64,000 nucleotides of DNA from an uncultured Candidatus Saccharibacteria bacterium (GTDB lineage: Bacteria > Patescibacteriota > WWE3 > UBA101185 > UBA10185), in the NCBI GenBank assembly GCA_964615625.1, contig CAZTQT010000003.1, forward strand, positions 4,379-68,378, read 5' to 3'. Both the position numbers and the translations under genes were made by a program. Below, one piece after another: positions 16,466 to 28,370 of this stretch (positions are counted from its first letter, which is position 1; each line of letters opens with the position of its first letter). The notes under the pieces are model-generated. The model did no database searches. It was given only the letters and a program-made list of their open reading frames with translations, and was not told where the DNA came from.

Positions 16466-19400
16466 ATGCGAGAAACTTTTTTAAAAAGAAAAATAGCCCT
16501 ACCTTTGCCTAATCTTGTTGGTGTCCAGCTTGAGTCTTTTGATTGGCTTAAAAGAGAAGGTTTAAAAGAAGTTTTAGATGAACTTGGAACTATTGAGGAT
16601 AATTCTGGAAGAGGCTGGGTGTTAACTTTATCAGATCCCCGTGTTGAAAAAGAAAATATAACTATAGAAGAGGCAAAAAGAACAGGAAGGACTTATGACG
16701 CAGCTTGGTATTTACAGGCTACTATAGAAGACCCTATAACCAAAAAAACTAAAACTAATGAGATATATATGGGTGATATTCCATTAATGACAGATCAAGG
16801 TACCTTTGTTATTAATGGTGTTGAGAGAATTATAATTAATCAACTTATAAGATCCGAGGGAGTTTTATTTGGTGGAGAACACTCTCCAATTACTGGCCAG
16901 TTTTTAGCCGGTGCTATTGTTATACCAAGAAGTGGTGTTTGGCTAGAGTTTGAAACTTCCAGAACTGGAGTTATAACCTTAAGAATAGATAGAAAAAGAA
17001 AAATAACAGCAACAACTTTATTGAGAATATTTGGTCTTGAGACAGATGATGACATAAGAGAAGCATTTGTTGGTGTGGAGACAAACCCAGAAATTAATTA
17101 CACAGAAGCTACTTTAGCAAAAGATCCTGCATCAAATTTTGATGAAGCTTGTTTAGAAATATACAAAAAGATGAGACCTGGGGAGCCATTAGTACTTGAA
17201 AATGCTAAAGCCCTAACCCATTCAATGTTTTTTAATAAGAGAAGATACAGCATGGGGCCAATAGGTAGATTTAAATTAAATCAGACTTTAGGTTTGAATT
17301 TTCCTAATGATCCTAAACACAGGCTTTTACAGTTAGAGGATGTAGTTAAAATACTTTCAAAAGTAATAGAATTAAATAACGGTATTGGTGATCCTAGTGA
17401 TGTTGATTTCCTTGGAAACAGAAGAGTTAAAAGTATGGGAGAGTTGTTGCAGTGGCAAATGAGAGTTGGATTTTTGAGAATGGAAAAGAACATTAAGGAA
17501 AGAATGAGTTTAGCTCAAAGAGATAAATTACCCGAACCATCAACATTAATAGCGCCAAGAGCAATATCAGCCGCCGTGTACTCGTTTTTTGCTACAGGGC
17601 AGCTTTCTCAGCTCCATGATCAGCAAAATCCTCTAACAGCTCTTGATCATTTGAGAAGATTATCAGTTCTTGGGCCAGGAGGACTTTCAAAGGAAAGAGC
17701 AAGTTTTTCAGTTAGAGATGTCCACAACTCTTATTTTGGTAGGATATGTCCTGCAAGAACCCCAGAAGGTCCAAATGTAGGGCTTATTAACTACATGTCT
17801 ATATATGCACGTGTTAATGAATATGGGTTTTTGGAAACACCTTATGTGAAACTTGAAAAAGATTCAAAGGGAAGAGTTAAACTTACAGATAATGTTGTTT
17901 ACCTTGCTGCTTACGATGAAGAGAATATAAATATTACCGACCAATCCGTTGAAATAGATGACGATGGTTATATTTTGGATACACATGTTCCTATAAGAAG
18001 AGGTTCGGAATTTTTCCTTGGGGATGTATCTGTGGCTGAGTATATAGAGGTTGTTCCTGCACAAGTACTGGGAGTAATTGCTGGTTTAGTGCCCTTTGTT
18101 CAAAACGATGAAGTTACTCGTATAACAATGGCAACCCAACAAATGTCACAGGCCGTTCCTTTGGTCATGCCTCAGAGACCTATTATAGGGACAGGTATAG
18201 AAGCAGAGGTTGCTAGAAATACAGATGCCCTAATTTTAGCTGAGGAAGATGGGGTAGTTGAATATGCAGATGCTGAAAAAGTAGTTGTTAAATATTCTGG
18301 TAAAAGTAAAAAGTCGGAGTACTTAACAAAGAAGTTTATACAGACAAATAGTGGAACAAGTTATAACCAAACAGTAAAAGTTGTTACAGGTCAGAAGATT
18401 AAGAAAGACGATATTTTAGTAGAAGGGCCTGCTGTAGATAATGGTGAGATAGCTATTGGAACAAATATGAAAGTAGCTTACATGATATACGAAGGTTTGG
18501 AATATGAAGACGGAATTATAATATCAGATCGTATAGTAAAAGAAGATGTCTTAACATCTATACATATCCAAGATTATGTTGTGTCAGTTCAAGATACAAA
18601 GCTTGGCCCAGAAGAAATAACAAGGGATATACCAAATGTTTCAGAAGATACCTTAAGAAATCTTGATGAGAAGGGTATTGTAACAGTAGGATCAAAAGTA
18701 AAATCAGGTGATGTGTTAGTAGGAAAAGTAGCTCCTAAAGGTGAGGTTGATTTAACATCTGAGGAAAGATTATTAAGAGCTATATTTGGAGAAAAAGCTA
18801 AAGATGTTAGAGATACTTCTCTAAGAATGCCACACGGTGAGCACGGAGTTGTTATAGGAATTAAATCTGTAACTAAAGAAGATAACGAATCTCTTCCTGC
18901 AGGGACAATTGAAAAAATAACTGTTTATGTTGCACAGCAGAAAAAGATAGAAATTGGAGATAAGTTAGCTGGAAGACACGGTAACAAAGGAGTTATTTCG
19001 GCAGTGGTTCCTGCAATTGATATGCCTTTGCTTCCAGATGGTTCTTCTGTTGACATTATCTTTTCTTCTGAGGCGGTTTTGAAAAGAATGAATGTTGGTC
19101 AGATATTAGAAACATCTTTAGGTGCTGTTGGTAAAAAGCTTGGGAAGTTTTATGAAATACCACCACTTCAAAGAATACCAGAAGAAAAATTATTGGAAGA
19201 ATTCAAAAAAGCAGGTTACCCAGCTAATGGAAAAATGAAGTTAATAGATGGTAGAACTGGGGAGTATTACCACAATGAAATTGTCGTGGGTGATGCATAT
19301 ATTCTTAAGCTTGTTCACATGTCAGAAGAAAAGATACACGCTAGATCAACAGGTCCTTACTCATTAATAAACCAACAACCTTTAGGTGGTAAGGCACAGT

Positions 19401-19822
19401 TTGGTGGTCAGAAGTTTGGAGAAATGGAAGTGTGGGCATTAGAAGCTTACGGGGCTGCACACATGTTAAAAGAGATGTTAACAATTAAATCAGATGATAT
19501 GGTTGGTAGAGTTCAGGCATACAGTGCTTTAATACAAGGAAACAAAATTCCTGGATCAACAACACCAGAAACATTTAAATTGCTAGTCAGACAATTAAAC
19601 GGTCTTGGTCTTGGGTTAGAAGCTTATTCTGCAGAAGACGGTGTTGAGGGATCTGATGAGGAAGTTGATAAACAAAATGATCAAAAAGACGTTGGAGAAA
19701 AAGAGGATTTGGCTGATATAAGTAAAGAGATAGAAGATGAAGAGGTTGTAGATGACGAGGGGTTAAAAGAGGCTGGTTTAGAAGAAGTAGATGATTCTGA
19801 TGAAAGTGAAGAGGAAATTTAA
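16466..19822 (+). CDS. rpoB: DNA-directed RNA polymerase beta subunit with an acidic C-terminal tail
   Basis: 1118 aa. Canonical N-terminus (LPNLVGVQLESFDWL) and conserved core. Ends with a roughly 60-aa D/E-rich extension. Confidence 0.95.
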   Translation: MRETFLKRKIALPLPNLVGVQLESFDWLKREGLKEVLDELGTIEDNSGRGWVLTLSDPRVEKENITIEEAKRTGRTYDAAWYLQATIEDPITKKTKTNEIYMGDIPLMTDQGTFVINGVERIIINQLIRSEGVLFGGEHSPITGQFLAGAIVIPRSGVWLEFETSRTGVITLRIDRKRKITATTLLRIFGLETDDDIREAFVGVETNPEINYTEATLAKDPASNFDEACLEIYKKMRPGEPLVLENAKALTHSMFFNKRRYSMGPIGRFKLNQTLGLNFPNDPKHRLLQLEDVVKILSKVIELNNGIGDPSDVDFLGNRRVKSMGELLQWQMRVGFLRMEKNIKERMSLAQRDKLPEPSTLIAPRAISAAVYSFFATGQLSQLHDQQNPLTALDHLRRLSVLGPGGLSKERASFSVRDVHNSYFGRICPARTPEGPNVGLINYMSIYARVNEYGFLETPYVKLEKDSKGRVKLTDNVVYLAAYDEENINITDQSVEIDDDGYILDTHVPIRRGSEFFLGDVSVAEYIEVVPAQVLGVIAGLVPFVQNDEVTRITMATQQMSQAVPLVMPQRPIIGTGIEAEVARNTDALILAEEDGVVEYADAEKVVVKYSGKSKKSEYLTKKFIQTNSGTSYNQTVKVVTGQKIKKDDILVEGPAVDNGEIAIGTNMKVAYMIYEGLEYEDGIIISDRIVKEDVLTSIHIQDYVVSVQDTKLGPEEITRDIPNVSEDTLRNLDEKGIVTVGSKVKSGDVLVGKVAPKGEVDLTSEERLLRAIFGEKAKDVRDTSLRMPHGEHGVVIGIKSVTKEDNESLPAGTIEKITVYVAQQKKIEIGDKLAGRHGNKGVISAVVPAIDMPLLPDGSSVDIIFSSEAVLKRMNVGQILETSLGAVGKKLGKFYEIPPLQRIPEEKLLEEFKKAGYPANGKMKLIDGRTGEYYHNEIVVGDAYILKLVHMSEEKIHARSTGPYSLINQQPLGGKAQFGGQKFGEMEVWALEAYGAAHMLKEMLTIKSDDMVGRVQAYSALIQGNKIPGSTTPETFKLLVRQLNGLGLGLEAYSAEDGVEGSDEEVDKQNDQKDVGEKEDLADISKEIEDEEVVDDEGLKEAGLEEVDDSDESEEEI

Positions 19823-19836
19823 AAAGGTTTAAAAAT

Positions 19837-22800
19837 ATGAGAGATATTAATAAATTAAAAGATTTTGATGCATTAAGAATATATTTAGCCTCTTCAGAGG
19901 ACATATTAGATTGGTCTTATGGTGAGGTTACTAAGCCAGAGACTATTAACTATAGAACCTTCAAATCCGAAAGGGATGGTTTGTTTGATGAAAGAATTTT
20001 TGGACCTGCAAAGAATTATGAATGTTATTGTGGAAAATATAAGGGTATAAGATACAAAGGTGTCATTTGTGACAAATGCGGTGTTGAGGTAACACATAAC
20101 AGAGTTAGAAGAGAAAGAATGGGTCATATTAAATTAGCATCCCCAGTAGCACATGTTTGGTTTTTCAAAGGCATCCCTTCTAACATGGCTTTGTTGTTGG
20201 ATTTAACTCCCAGAAATGTTGAATCGGTAGTATATTTTGCTTCATTTATTGTTACGGAAATAGATGAGAAGAATAAGGCAAAAGCAGTCTCTCAAATTGG
20301 TAAAGATTTGGATGTAACAAAAGCTACTTTACAAAAAGATTTTGACGATCAAGTTAAAGTTTTGAATAAAGATATAGAAAATCTCTCAAAGTTAAATGAC
20401 GAGATGAAGGCAAAGGAAGAAGAATTAAAAATAAGACAACAAATACAAAAAATAACAACAGCACATGAGAAAAAGATTGAGGAACAAGAGAAGAAATTTA
20501 AAATAATTCAAAAGAAAATTGAGAGTGTTAAGATTAATTCTGTAATCTCAGAAAGTGAATATATAACCCTTATCTCTTATTTAGATAAATTTTGTAAATT
20601 AGATATTGGTGCTGATGCTCTGAAAATAATTTTGGAAAGATTAGATTTAAATTCATTATCAGAACAATTAAGAGAGCAGTTAGAAAAAGCAAAAGGCCAA
20701 AAAGCACAAAAGATAGCAAAAAGATTAACAGTTGTTGAGAGATTCAGAAGATCTGGTGTGACTCCTGATAGAATGATAATGGATGTAATTCCTGTTATCC
20801 CACCTGATTTAAGACCTATGGTTCAACTTGATGGTGGTAGATTTGCAACATCAGACTTAAATGATCTTTACAGAAGACTTATAAATAGAAATAACAGACT
20901 TAAGAGGCTTTTGGATTTAGGTGCTCCTGAAATAATAGTAAGAAATGAAAAAAGAATGCTTCAAGAATCTGTAGATGCTCTCTTGGATTCTTCTAAGAAG
21001 AAGAAAAAAGCTAGAGCAAACGTTAGAGGCAAGGAGCTTAGATCATTGGCTGATATGATAAAAGGTAAGCAGGGTATTTTCAGGTTAAATTTGCTTGGTA
21101 AAAGAGTGGATTATTCAGGTAGAGGAGTTATTATAAATGGTCCCGACCTTAAATTAAACGAATGCGGTATCCCTAAAGAAATGGCTTTAGAACTGTTTAA
21201 ACCGATGGTCCTTAGAGAAATATTAGCGAGGGGATATGCACCAAATGTTAAGAGTGCAAAATTCTATCTTGATACAAGGGTTCCAGAGGTTTGGGATATT
21301 CTTGAAGAAGTTGTTGAGGGCCATCCTGTATTGTTAAACAGAGCTCCTACACTTTGGAGACTTGGTATTCAGGCTTTTTATCCTAAACTTGTTGAGGGTA
21401 ACGCAATAAAACTTCATCTTTGCGTTTGTAAAGGTTATAATGCTGACTTTGATGGTGACCAGATGGCCGTACACGTTCCTTTAACAGACGAAGCTATTGA
21501 TGAAGCAAAGAATGTTTTAATTTCAAATAAAAATCTTTTGAATCCATCAAGTGGTTCTCCTATATCAATTCCATCAAACATTATGTTGTTTGGTGTTTAC
21601 TACATAACCTCAATTGATGAAAGCCTTCCTATAAAGGAAAAGGTTTATTTTGGTGAGACAGAGTTAATGTATGCAGTAGACGTTGAAAAAGAAGTTGATT
21701 TAAGACAATTAGTAAAAGTAAAAATAGGTAGTGATGTTTTAGAAACTACTGCAGGTAGAGTTATATTCAATAAAGTGTTGCCCGATAACTATAGTTATAT
21801 AAATGAACCAATGGATAAAAAGAGAGTTACAAGTTTATTAACGAAAGTATTAAGAGAAGAAGAAAATGAAGTAGCTGTGAAAATGATAGATGATATAAAA
21901 GATATAGGTTTAAAATACGGGACTATTTGTGGTCAGTCAGTGTCCTTGGCGGATATTGATATACCTGCTCAGAGAGAGCAGTTGATAGAAAGTGGTAAAA
22001 AGCTTGTTATGGATGTTGAGGGTTACTATACAAGAGGTCTTATTACTAAAGCAGAGGTAGCAAGGCAAAAAGAAGATATTTGGAACAAGATAATCGGGGA
22101 ATTGGACAATGTTGTTTGGGATAACTTGAAAGACGATAATCCAGTTAAGATATTGGTTAAATCTGGATCTACAAAAGCTTCAAGAGACCAAGTTAAACAG
22201 CTTGCTGGTATGAAAGGTCTTGTATCAGATCCTACAGGAAAAGTTGTTGAGGTTCCTATTTTTGGAAACTTTAAACTCGGCCTATCTGCTACAGAGTATT
22301 TTGTTGGGTCAAGAGGTGCTAGAAAAGGGTTAGCTGACAAGGGTTTAAAGACTGCTGATGCTGGTTATCTAACAAGAAGATTAGTTGATGTTAGTCAAGA
22401 TGTAATAGTAAGAGAGGACGATTGTGGTACAGATGAGGGTAGAGAAATGATAGTAGGTAAGGGTACTCTTCTTCAAACATTTGCAGATAGAGTTATAGGT
22501 AGGTTTTTAGCTAAAGATGTAAAAGTTGGTAGTAAAGTAATTGTAAAAGCAGGAACTTTATTAAATGAAGAAGATGTTGAAAATATAGAAAAATCTGGTG
22601 CTGAAAAGATAATAATAAGGTCCCCTATGCATTGTGAGACAAGAAGAGGTATTTGCGCAAAATGTTATGGAGCAGATTTAATGACAGGTAAATTAGTAAT
22701 GGTAGGGACTGCAGTTGGTGTTGCAGCAGCTCAATCAATTGGTGAACCTGGAACACAGCTTACAATGAAGACCTTCCACTCTGGAGGTATTGCAGGAAAA

Positions 22801-23505
22801 GATATAACCCAAGGTCTTCCAAGAGTTGAAGAATTGGTTGAAGCAAGAGCACCTAAATTTTTATCCATAATGAGTGAGGTCTCAGGTACTGCAAGAATTG
22901 AAAAGAATGGTGATGAAAGAAAGATAGTTATTATACCTTCTGATGCTGGTGAGGAAGTTACAGAATATAATGTTGATCCTATTGAAGAGATTCTTGTAAA
23001 AGATGGTGATTTGGTAGCTAGAGGACAGAAACTTACAAGTGGTAACTTAAACTTAAGTGATTTATACAGAGCAGTGGGTGTAGATGAGACAAAGAGATAC
23101 ATAATAGAGGAAGTTCAAGGAGTATATGCTTCTCAAGGTGTTCCTATAAACGATAAACATTTAGAAGTTATAGTTAAGCAAATGTTTAATCACGTCAAGA
23201 TAGAAGATATAGGAGATACAGAGTTTATGGTTGATGAAATTGTTACAAGAGCAAGATTTGATGAGGAAACAGAAAGAGTTATAGCTAGTGGTGGTATCCC
23301 AGCAACTGGTAAATTGATAATGCTTGGGATAACAAAGGCAGCTTTGTACACTGACAGTTGGATGGCCGCAGCTTCATTTATACATACAAGTAATGTATTG
23401 ACCGAGGCGGCTTGCTCTGGTAAGGTTGATTACTTGTTGGGGTTGAAAGAGAACGTGATAATAGGAAGATTAATCCCAACCGGAGAGAGGGCTAGAATAG
23501 AATAA
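19837..23505 (+). CDS. rpoC: DNA-directed RNA polymerase beta' subunit
   Basis: 1222 aa. Zn-binding CxxC...CxxC N-terminus, the NADFDGD catalytic motif and a trigger-loop region. Confidence 0.95.
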   Translation: MRDINKLKDFDALRIYLASSEDILDWSYGEVTKPETINYRTFKSERDGLFDERIFGPAKNYECYCGKYKGIRYKGVICDKCGVEVTHNRVRRERMGHIKLASPVAHVWFFKGIPSNMALLLDLTPRNVESVVYFASFIVTEIDEKNKAKAVSQIGKDLDVTKATLQKDFDDQVKVLNKDIENLSKLNDEMKAKEEELKIRQQIQKITTAHEKKIEEQEKKFKIIQKKIESVKINSVISESEYITLISYLDKFCKLDIGADALKIILERLDLNSLSEQLREQLEKAKGQKAQKIAKRLTVVERFRRSGVTPDRMIMDVIPVIPPDLRPMVQLDGGRFATSDLNDLYRRLINRNNRLKRLLDLGAPEIIVRNEKRMLQESVDALLDSSKKKKKARANVRGKELRSLADMIKGKQGIFRLNLLGKRVDYSGRGVIINGPDLKLNECGIPKEMALELFKPMVLREILARGYAPNVKSAKFYLDTRVPEVWDILEEVVEGHPVLLNRAPTLWRLGIQAFYPKLVEGNAIKLHLCVCKGYNADFDGDQMAVHVPLTDEAIDEAKNVLISNKNLLNPSSGSPISIPSNIMLFGVYYITSIDESLPIKEKVYFGETELMYAVDVEKEVDLRQLVKVKIGSDVLETTAGRVIFNKVLPDNYSYINEPMDKKRVTSLLTKVLREEENEVAVKMIDDIKDIGLKYGTICGQSVSLADIDIPAQREQLIESGKKLVMDVEGYYTRGLITKAEVARQKEDIWNKIIGELDNVVWDNLKDDNPVKILVKSGSTKASRDQVKQLAGMKGLVSDPTGKVVEVPIFGNFKLGLSATEYFVGSRGARKGLADKGLKTADAGYLTRRLVDVSQDVIVREDDCGTDEGREMIVGKGTLLQTFADRVIGRFLAKDVKVGSKVIVKAGTLLNEEDVENIEKSGAEKIIIRSPMHCETRRGICAKCYGADLMTGKLVMVGTAVGVAAAQSIGEPGTQLTMKTFHSGGIAGKDITQGLPRVEELVEARAPKFLSIMSEVSGTARIEKNGDERKIVIIPSDAGEEVTEYNVDPIEEILVKDGDLVARGQKLTSGNLNLSDLYRAVGVDETKRYIIEEVQGVYASQGVPINDKHLEVIVKQMFNHVKIEDIGDTEFMVDEIVTRARFDEETERVIASGGIPATGKLIMLGITKAALYTDSWMAAASFIHTSNVLTEAACSGKVDYLLGLKENVIIGRLIPTGERARIE

Positions 23506-23506
23506 T

Positions 23507-23929
23507 ATGCCAACAATTAACCAACTTCTCAGAAAAGGAAGAAAAAGAAACGTAAAAAAAGCAAGCACTCCGGCTCTTAAGGAAGTTTTTAATACTAAAA
23601 AAAGAGTTGTGAAGAAAAGAAACAGTCCTTTAAAAAGGGGAGTTGTTCTTTTGGTTAGAACTCAAACACCAAAAAAACCTAACTCCGCTTTAAGAAAAGT
23701 TGCAAGAGTCAGGTTATCAAATAAAAGGGAAGTCACAGCTTATATACCAGGAGAAGGACACAATCTTCAAGAGCACTCTGTGGTAGTTGTCAAAGGTGGT
23801 AAGGTACAGGATTTACCAGGTGTAAAATATGAGATAGTTAGGGGAACTGCAGATTTGGCAGGTGTTGATAAAAGAAAGACCTCAAGATCTATATACGGTA
23901 CAAGGAAAGTTAAGGAGAAAAAAGAATGA
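23507..23929 (+). CDS. rpsL: 30S ribosomal protein S12
   Basis: [13 protein letters not shown]...[52 protein letters not shown]. Confidence 0.9.
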   Translation: MPTINQLLRKGRKRNVKKASTPALKEVFNTKKRVVKKRNSPLKRGVVLLVRTQTPKKPNSALRKVARVRLSNKREVTAYIPGEGHNLQEHSVVVVKGGKVQDLPGVKYEIVRGTADLAGVDKRKTSRSIYGTRKVKEKKE

Positions 23930-24393
23930 GAGGTAAAAGAGCAAAGAAAAAAATATTAATAGCCGATCAAGTTTATAAATCAAAAGTAGTTTCAAGAATG
24001 ATAAATGCTGCTATGGAAAGAGGCAAGAAGAGTCTTGCTATGACAATAGTTTATGACTCAATGTTGAAGTTGAACGAAGACGAAAAAGAGAGATTAAGAA
24101 TTTTTGAGCAGGCAGTTAAAAATGTAATGCCTCAACAAGAAGTTAGATCAAAAAGAGTTGGTGGGGCTACCTATCAGGTTCCAATGCCTTTGAAGCACGA
24201 CCGAGCAGAAGCATTAGCTGTAAGATGGATAGTTGATGCTGCAAAGTCTAAAAAAGGTAAATCAATGATAGATAAATTATATGAAGTTTTGAATGATTCT
24301 TATCAAAATACAGGAGATGCTGTAAAAAAGAGAGATGACGTTCATAGAATGGCCGAAGCTAATAGAGCTTTTGCACATTTTGCGAGGTATTAA
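23926..24393 (+). CDS. rpsG: 30S ribosomal protein S7
   Basis: 155 aa in str-operon context, with conserved ...[10 protein letters not shown]...VGGATYQVP. Confidence 0.9.
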   Translation: MRGKRAKKKILIADQVYKSKVVSRMINAAMERGKKSLAMTIVYDSMLKLNEDEKERLRIFEQAVKNVMPQQEVRSKRVGGATYQVPMPLKHDRAEALAVRWIVDAAKSKKGKSMIDKLYEVLNDSYQNTGDAVKKRDDVHRMAEANRAFAHFARY

Positions 24394-24394
24394 A

Positions 24395-26482
24395 ATGGCT
24401 GAAACAATGGATAAAGTATATCCCTTAGATAAAATTAGAAATATAGGTATTATCGCCCATATAGATGCGGGTAAAACTACAACCACAGAGAGAATTCTCT
24501 ACTACACTGGAAAGTCTCACAGGATAGGTGATATTGATGATGGTAATACTCAAATGGATTGGATGGCTCAGGAAAGAGAAAGAGGTATTACAATCCAATC
24601 GGCTGCCACTACATGTTTTTGGAAAGATCACAGAGTTAATATCATAGACACACCAGGACACGTTGACTTTACGGCTGAGGTTGAGAGATCTTTAAGAGTG
24701 TTAGATGGCGGTGTTATTGTATTAGATGGTTCTCAAGGTGTTGAGCCTCAATCGGAAACAGTTTTTAGACAAGCACAAAAATATGATGTCCCATTACTAT
24801 TTTTTGTAAATAAAATGGATAAAGTAGGTGGTGACTTTTTAATGTCTTTAGAATCCATATCTGAAAAACTTACGAAGAAAGGTTTAGCTGTTCAACTACC
24901 AATAGGTTTAGAAAGTGGTTTTATAGGATCAGTAGATTTGATAACCATGAAAGCTTATAAGTTTGAAGGAGCTGATGGGGGAGATGTCGTTGAATTTGAT
25001 ATTCCAGAAGATCTCTTAGAAGATGCTAAGAAATACAGATCTATTATGGTTGAGAAAGTTGCTGAATCAGATGATGCTTTAATAGAGAAATATTTAGGAG
25101 GGGAAGAACTTACAATAGATGAAATAAAAGAGGGATTAAGAAAAATGACTATTTCCACTCAAATATACCCTGTTTTTTGTGGATCTGCTCTTTCTAACAA
25201 AGGTATTCAAAAAGTGTTAGACGGTGTTATAGATTACCTACCTTCTCCAAAAGATGTACCACCAGTTAAAGCTGTTAAAGTAGATACAGGTGAAGAAATT
25301 AATGTAGAGTCTGACGAAAATGGTTCATTTACAGCACTTGCTTTTAAGATCCAAACAGATCCATATGTTGGTAGACTTACCTATTTTAGAGTTTATGCTG
25401 GTAAAGCTGCTGCTGGATCATATATATACAATGCTACATCAGATAAAAAGGAAAGAATTGGAAGAATACTTCTTATGCACGCTAACCACAGGGAAGAGAT
25501 AAAAGAAATTACAGCCGGTGAAATTGCTGCAGGTGTTGGTTTAGAATCATCAACAGGTGATACCCTATGTTTAGAGGGGGACAAGGTCTTACTAGATAAG
25601 ATAAGTTTTGCAGAACCGGTCATAGGTATTGTTATTGAGCCTAAGACCAAGGCTGACAGAGATAAAATGTCTCAAATCATAAAGAAATTCCTAGAAGAAG
25701 ATCCTACTTTACAAATAAAAACAAATATAGAGACAGGTCAGACATTACTTTATGGTATGGGAGAGCTTCACCTAGATATTATTGTAGATAGGATGAAAAG
25801 AGAGTTTAATCTTGATATAAACACAGGAAAACCTCAAGTTGCCTACAGAGAAACTATCAGAAAAACAGTGGAGCAAGAAGGAAAATATATCAGACAGTCT
25901 GGTGGTAGAGGTCAGTACGGCCATGTTTATTTGAAAGTAGAGCCTCTTGAAAGAGGTGAGGGTTTTAAATTTATAGACAAAATCGTTGGAGGTACTATTC
26001 CAAGAGAATATATTCCTGCGGTTGAAAAAGGTATAAAAGAAGCCGCAGAAAGTGGTGTTATCGCAGGTTACCCCCTAGTGGATTTTCAAGTTACATTGTT
26101 TGATGGTTCTTTCCATGAAGTTGACTCTTCTGAAATGGCTTTTAAGATGGCAGCTATTGAGGCTATGAGAGATGCTCAAAGATCTGCTGATACATTTTTA
26201 TTAGAACCTATAATGAAGGTTGAAGTAATTACGCCCGAGGAATTTATGGGAGATGTAATAGGGAACATATCTTCTAAGAGAGGTAAGATAGAGAGCACCG
26301 AACAAAAAGGAAACGCAAGAATAATAATATCAAAAGTTCCTTTGGCTGAAATGTTTGGATATGCGACAGAACTTAGAGGCATGACACAGGGAAGAGCATC
26401 ATTTGTTATGGAACCAAGCCATTACGAGGAAGTACCTTCTAACATAGCTGATACGTTGTCCAAGGAAAATATAAGACGATAG
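24395..26482 (+). CDS. fusA: Elongation factor G
   Basis: [13 protein letters not shown]-domain plus EF-G domains II-V. The start is placed at MAETMDK (24395), not at the upstream in-frame ATG at 24335, which would overlap rpsG. Confidence 0.9.
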   Translation: MAETMDKVYPLDKIRNIGIIAHIDAGKTTTTERILYYTGKSHRIGDIDDGNTQMDWMAQERERGITIQSAATTCFWKDHRVNIIDTPGHVDFTAEVERSLRVLDGGVIVLDGSQGVEPQSETVFRQAQKYDVPLLFFVNKMDKVGGDFLMSLESISEKLTKKGLAVQLPIGLESGFIGSVDLITMKAYKFEGADGGDVVEFDIPEDLLEDAKKYRSIMVEKVAESDDALIEKYLGGEELTIDEIKEGLRKMTISTQIYPVFCGSALSNKGIQKVLDGVIDYLPSPKDVPPVKAVKVDTGEEINVESDENGSFTALAFKIQTDPYVGRLTYFRVYAGKAAAGSYIYNATSDKKERIGRILLMHANHREEIKEITAGEIAAGVGLESSTGDTLCLEGDKVLLDKISFAEPVIGIVIEPKTKADRDKMSQIIKKFLEEDPTLQIKTNIETGQTLLYGMGELHLDIIVDRMKREFNLDINTGKPQVAYRETIRKTVEQEGKYIRQSGGRGQYGHVYLKVEPLERGEGFKFIDKIVGGTIPREYIPAVEKGIKEAAESGVIAGYPLVDFQVTLFDGSFHEVDSSEMAFKMAAIEAMRDAQRSADTFLLEPIMKVEVITPEEFMGDVIGNISSKRGKIESTEQKGNARIIISKVPLAEMFGYATELRGMTQGRASFVMEPSHYEEVPSNIADTLSKENIRR

Positions 26483-26686
26483 AAATTGTTATTTAGCTAA
26501 AAGTCTTGATTTTTTTGATTTAATTTGATTAACTATCACTTGCTTTAGTAAATGTTTTTAAGCTATGGCAACGCTGTTCCGCACGGAAGCGAGTGTTCTT
26601 GGTTTTTATAAAGAACTTTCGCAAACGTTCAGAACAATGTTGTCTGGCAAAATGTAAGTAATTTATTTACCGAAAGGAAAAACAAA

Positions 26687-27865
26687 ATGTCAGATTTCGT
26701 AAGAAATAAGGAACATGTAAATATCGGAACCATTGGTCACGTTGACCATGGTAAGACAACCTTAACATCGGCCATTACAAAAGTTTTGGCAGATAACGGG
26801 ATGGCTTCTTACAGGGATTTTACTACAATAGATAACGCCCCTGAAGAAAAAGAAAGAGGTATAACAATTAATATTACTCATGTTGAGTATGAGACAGAAA
26901 AAAGGCACTATGCTCATATAGATGCACCTGGTCACAAAGACTACATCAAAAACATGATAACGGGAGCTGCACAAATGGATGGTGCTATACTCGTCGTTTC
27001 AGCTCCAGATGGCCCAATGCCTCAAACAAAGGAACACATTTTGCTTGCAAGACAAGTTAACGTTCCTGCAATGGTAGTTTTCATGAACAAATGTGATATG
27101 GTTCAAGACAACGAGATATTAGATCTTGTTGAAATGGAAATTAGAGAATTGCTAAATAAATATGGATTCCCTGGAGATACAACTCCTATAGTAAGAGGGT
27201 CTGCACTAAAAGCTTTAGAAGGTGATGCTGATGCAGCTGCTAAGATTTTGGAATTGATGAAAGCTGTTGATGAATTCATTCCTACACCTCAAAGAGATTT
27301 AGATAAACCTTTCTTGATGCCTGTTGAAGACGTTTTCACAATATCAGGAAGAGGAACTGTTGTTACAGGAAGAATTGAAAGAGGGGTTGTTAATCTTAAC
27401 GATGAGATAGAGATAGTTGGTATAAGAGAAACCAAAAAGACAACAGTAACAGGTATAGAAATGTTCAAGAAATCCTTGAAAGAAGGTCAGGCCGGAGATA
27501 ACGTTGGAATTCTTTTAAGAGGTATAGAAAGAACAGACGTTGAAAGAGGGCAAGTTCTTGCTAAAGCAGGAAGTGTAAAACCTCATACAGAATTTGAATC
27601 TGAGGTATATGTACTTTCAAAAGAAGAGGGTGGTAGACATAAACCTTTCTTTACAGGTTATAGACCACAGTTCTATATCAGAACAACAGATGTTACTGGA
27701 GAAGCTTTCTTACCAGAAGGTGTAGAAATGGTTCTTCCTGGAGATAATGTAAAGATGAGAGTTAAGCTTATTACACCTGTTGCTTTGGAAGAAGGTATGA
27801 GGTTTGCTATAAGAGAAGGCGGTAATACAGTTGGTCACGGAGTTATTTCAAAGGTAATAGCTTAA
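26687..27865 (+). CDS. tuf: Elongation factor Tu
   Basis: 392 aa. [18 protein letters not shown] and NKCD GTPase motifs. Confidence 0.95.
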   Translation: MSDFVRNKEHVNIGTIGHVDHGKTTLTSAITKVLADNGMASYRDFTTIDNAPEEKERGITINITHVEYETEKRHYAHIDAPGHKDYIKNMITGAAQMDGAILVVSAPDGPMPQTKEHILLARQVNVPAMVVFMNKCDMVQDNEILDLVEMEIRELLNKYGFPGDTTPIVRGSALKALEGDADAAAKILELMKAVDEFIPTPQRDLDKPFLMPVEDVFTISGRGTVVTGRIERGVVNLNDEIEIVGIRETKKTTVTGIEMFKKSLKEGQAGDNVGILLRGIERTDVERGQVLAKAGSVKPHTEFESEVYVLSKEEGGRHKPFFTGYRPQFYIRTTDVTGEAFLPEGVEMVLPGDNVKMRVKLITPVALEEGMRFAIREGGNTVGHGVISKVIA

Positions 27866-27882
27866 GGTTGATGTAAATTGGG

Positions 27883-27909
27883 ATGTCCCCCGCCAAAGGC
27901 GGGGGACAT
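27883..27909 (+). terminator. Perfect 12-bp GC stem-loop (atgtcccccgcc-aaa-ggcgggggacat) followed by tttatctta, lying between tuf and rpsJ
   Basis: Strong hairpin in an AT-rich spacer. It ends 9 nt before the rpsJ ATG at 27919. Reads as an intrinsic terminator/attenuator or a leader structure. Confidence 0.5.
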
Positions 27910-27918
27910 TTTATCTTA

Positions 27919-28245
27919 ATGGCTAAAGGTAAAACACAAAAAGAAACAAAGATAAGAATAAAATTAAAGTCTTATGATAGTAGGATAATAGATCTTAGTT
28001 GTTCAAAAATAGTTGATACTGCAATAAGAACAGGTGCTCAGGTTGCAGGACCTGTCCCATTACCTACAAAAACAGAAAGATTCACTGTTATAAGAGGTCC
28101 TCACATAGATAAAAGGTCTAGGGAACAGTTTGAATTAAAAACGCATAAAAGAGTTATAGATGTTATGAATCCTACACCATCTACTATTGAAACATTGTCA
28201 AAATTAAGCTTACCAGCAGGGGTTGGAATTTCAATAAAAATGTAG
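27919..28245 (+). CDS. rpsJ: 30S ribosomal protein S10
   Basis: [35 protein letters not shown]... The start is taken at 27919; the ORF-track start at 27883 lies inside the hairpin. Confidence 0.9.
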   Translation: MAKGKTQKETKIRIKLKSYDSRIIDLSCSKIVDTAIRTGAQVAGPVPLPTKTERFTVIRGPHIDKRSREQFELKTHKRVIDVMNPTPSTIETLSKLSLPAGVGISIKM

Positions 28246-28337
28246 TATTCTATCTTGTTTTTGGATTATTAGGCAAAAAGTTAAAATAATGATAAAAATA
28301 AGGACATAAATAACAGTTACAAAAGGGTTTATATAAA

Positions 28338-28362
28338 GGCGCCCTTGGGCGCTAATTTTTTT
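28338..28362 (+). terminator. Short GC stem (gcgcc-cttg-ggcgc) followed by a T-run (taattttttt), just upstream of rplC
   Basis: Sits in an unusual 125-nt gap between rpsJ and rplC. Looks like an intrinsic terminator. Confidence 0.4.
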
Positions 28363-28370
28363 AAATAAAA

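Noticed and set aside
24335-24394. Upstream in-frame extension of fusA ([20 protein letters not shown])
   Set aside because: It overlaps the rpsG 3' end. The conserved EF-G N-terminus begins at MAETMDK (24395), so the shorter start was preferred.
26483-26686. 204-nt fusA-tuf spacer checked for tRNA genes (tRNA-Thr/Tyr/Gly often sit upstream of tuf) and for a strong terminator
   Set aside because: No cloverleaf-compatible sequence or T-loop consensus was seen. Only a weak 5-bp stem (ttccg-ca-cggaa) and a TATAAA -10-like element.
27883-27918. Upstream extension of rpsJ ([12 protein letters not shown])
   Set aside because: Those codons are the two arms of the 12-bp GC hairpin. Conserved S10 begins MAKGKTQKE at 27919.
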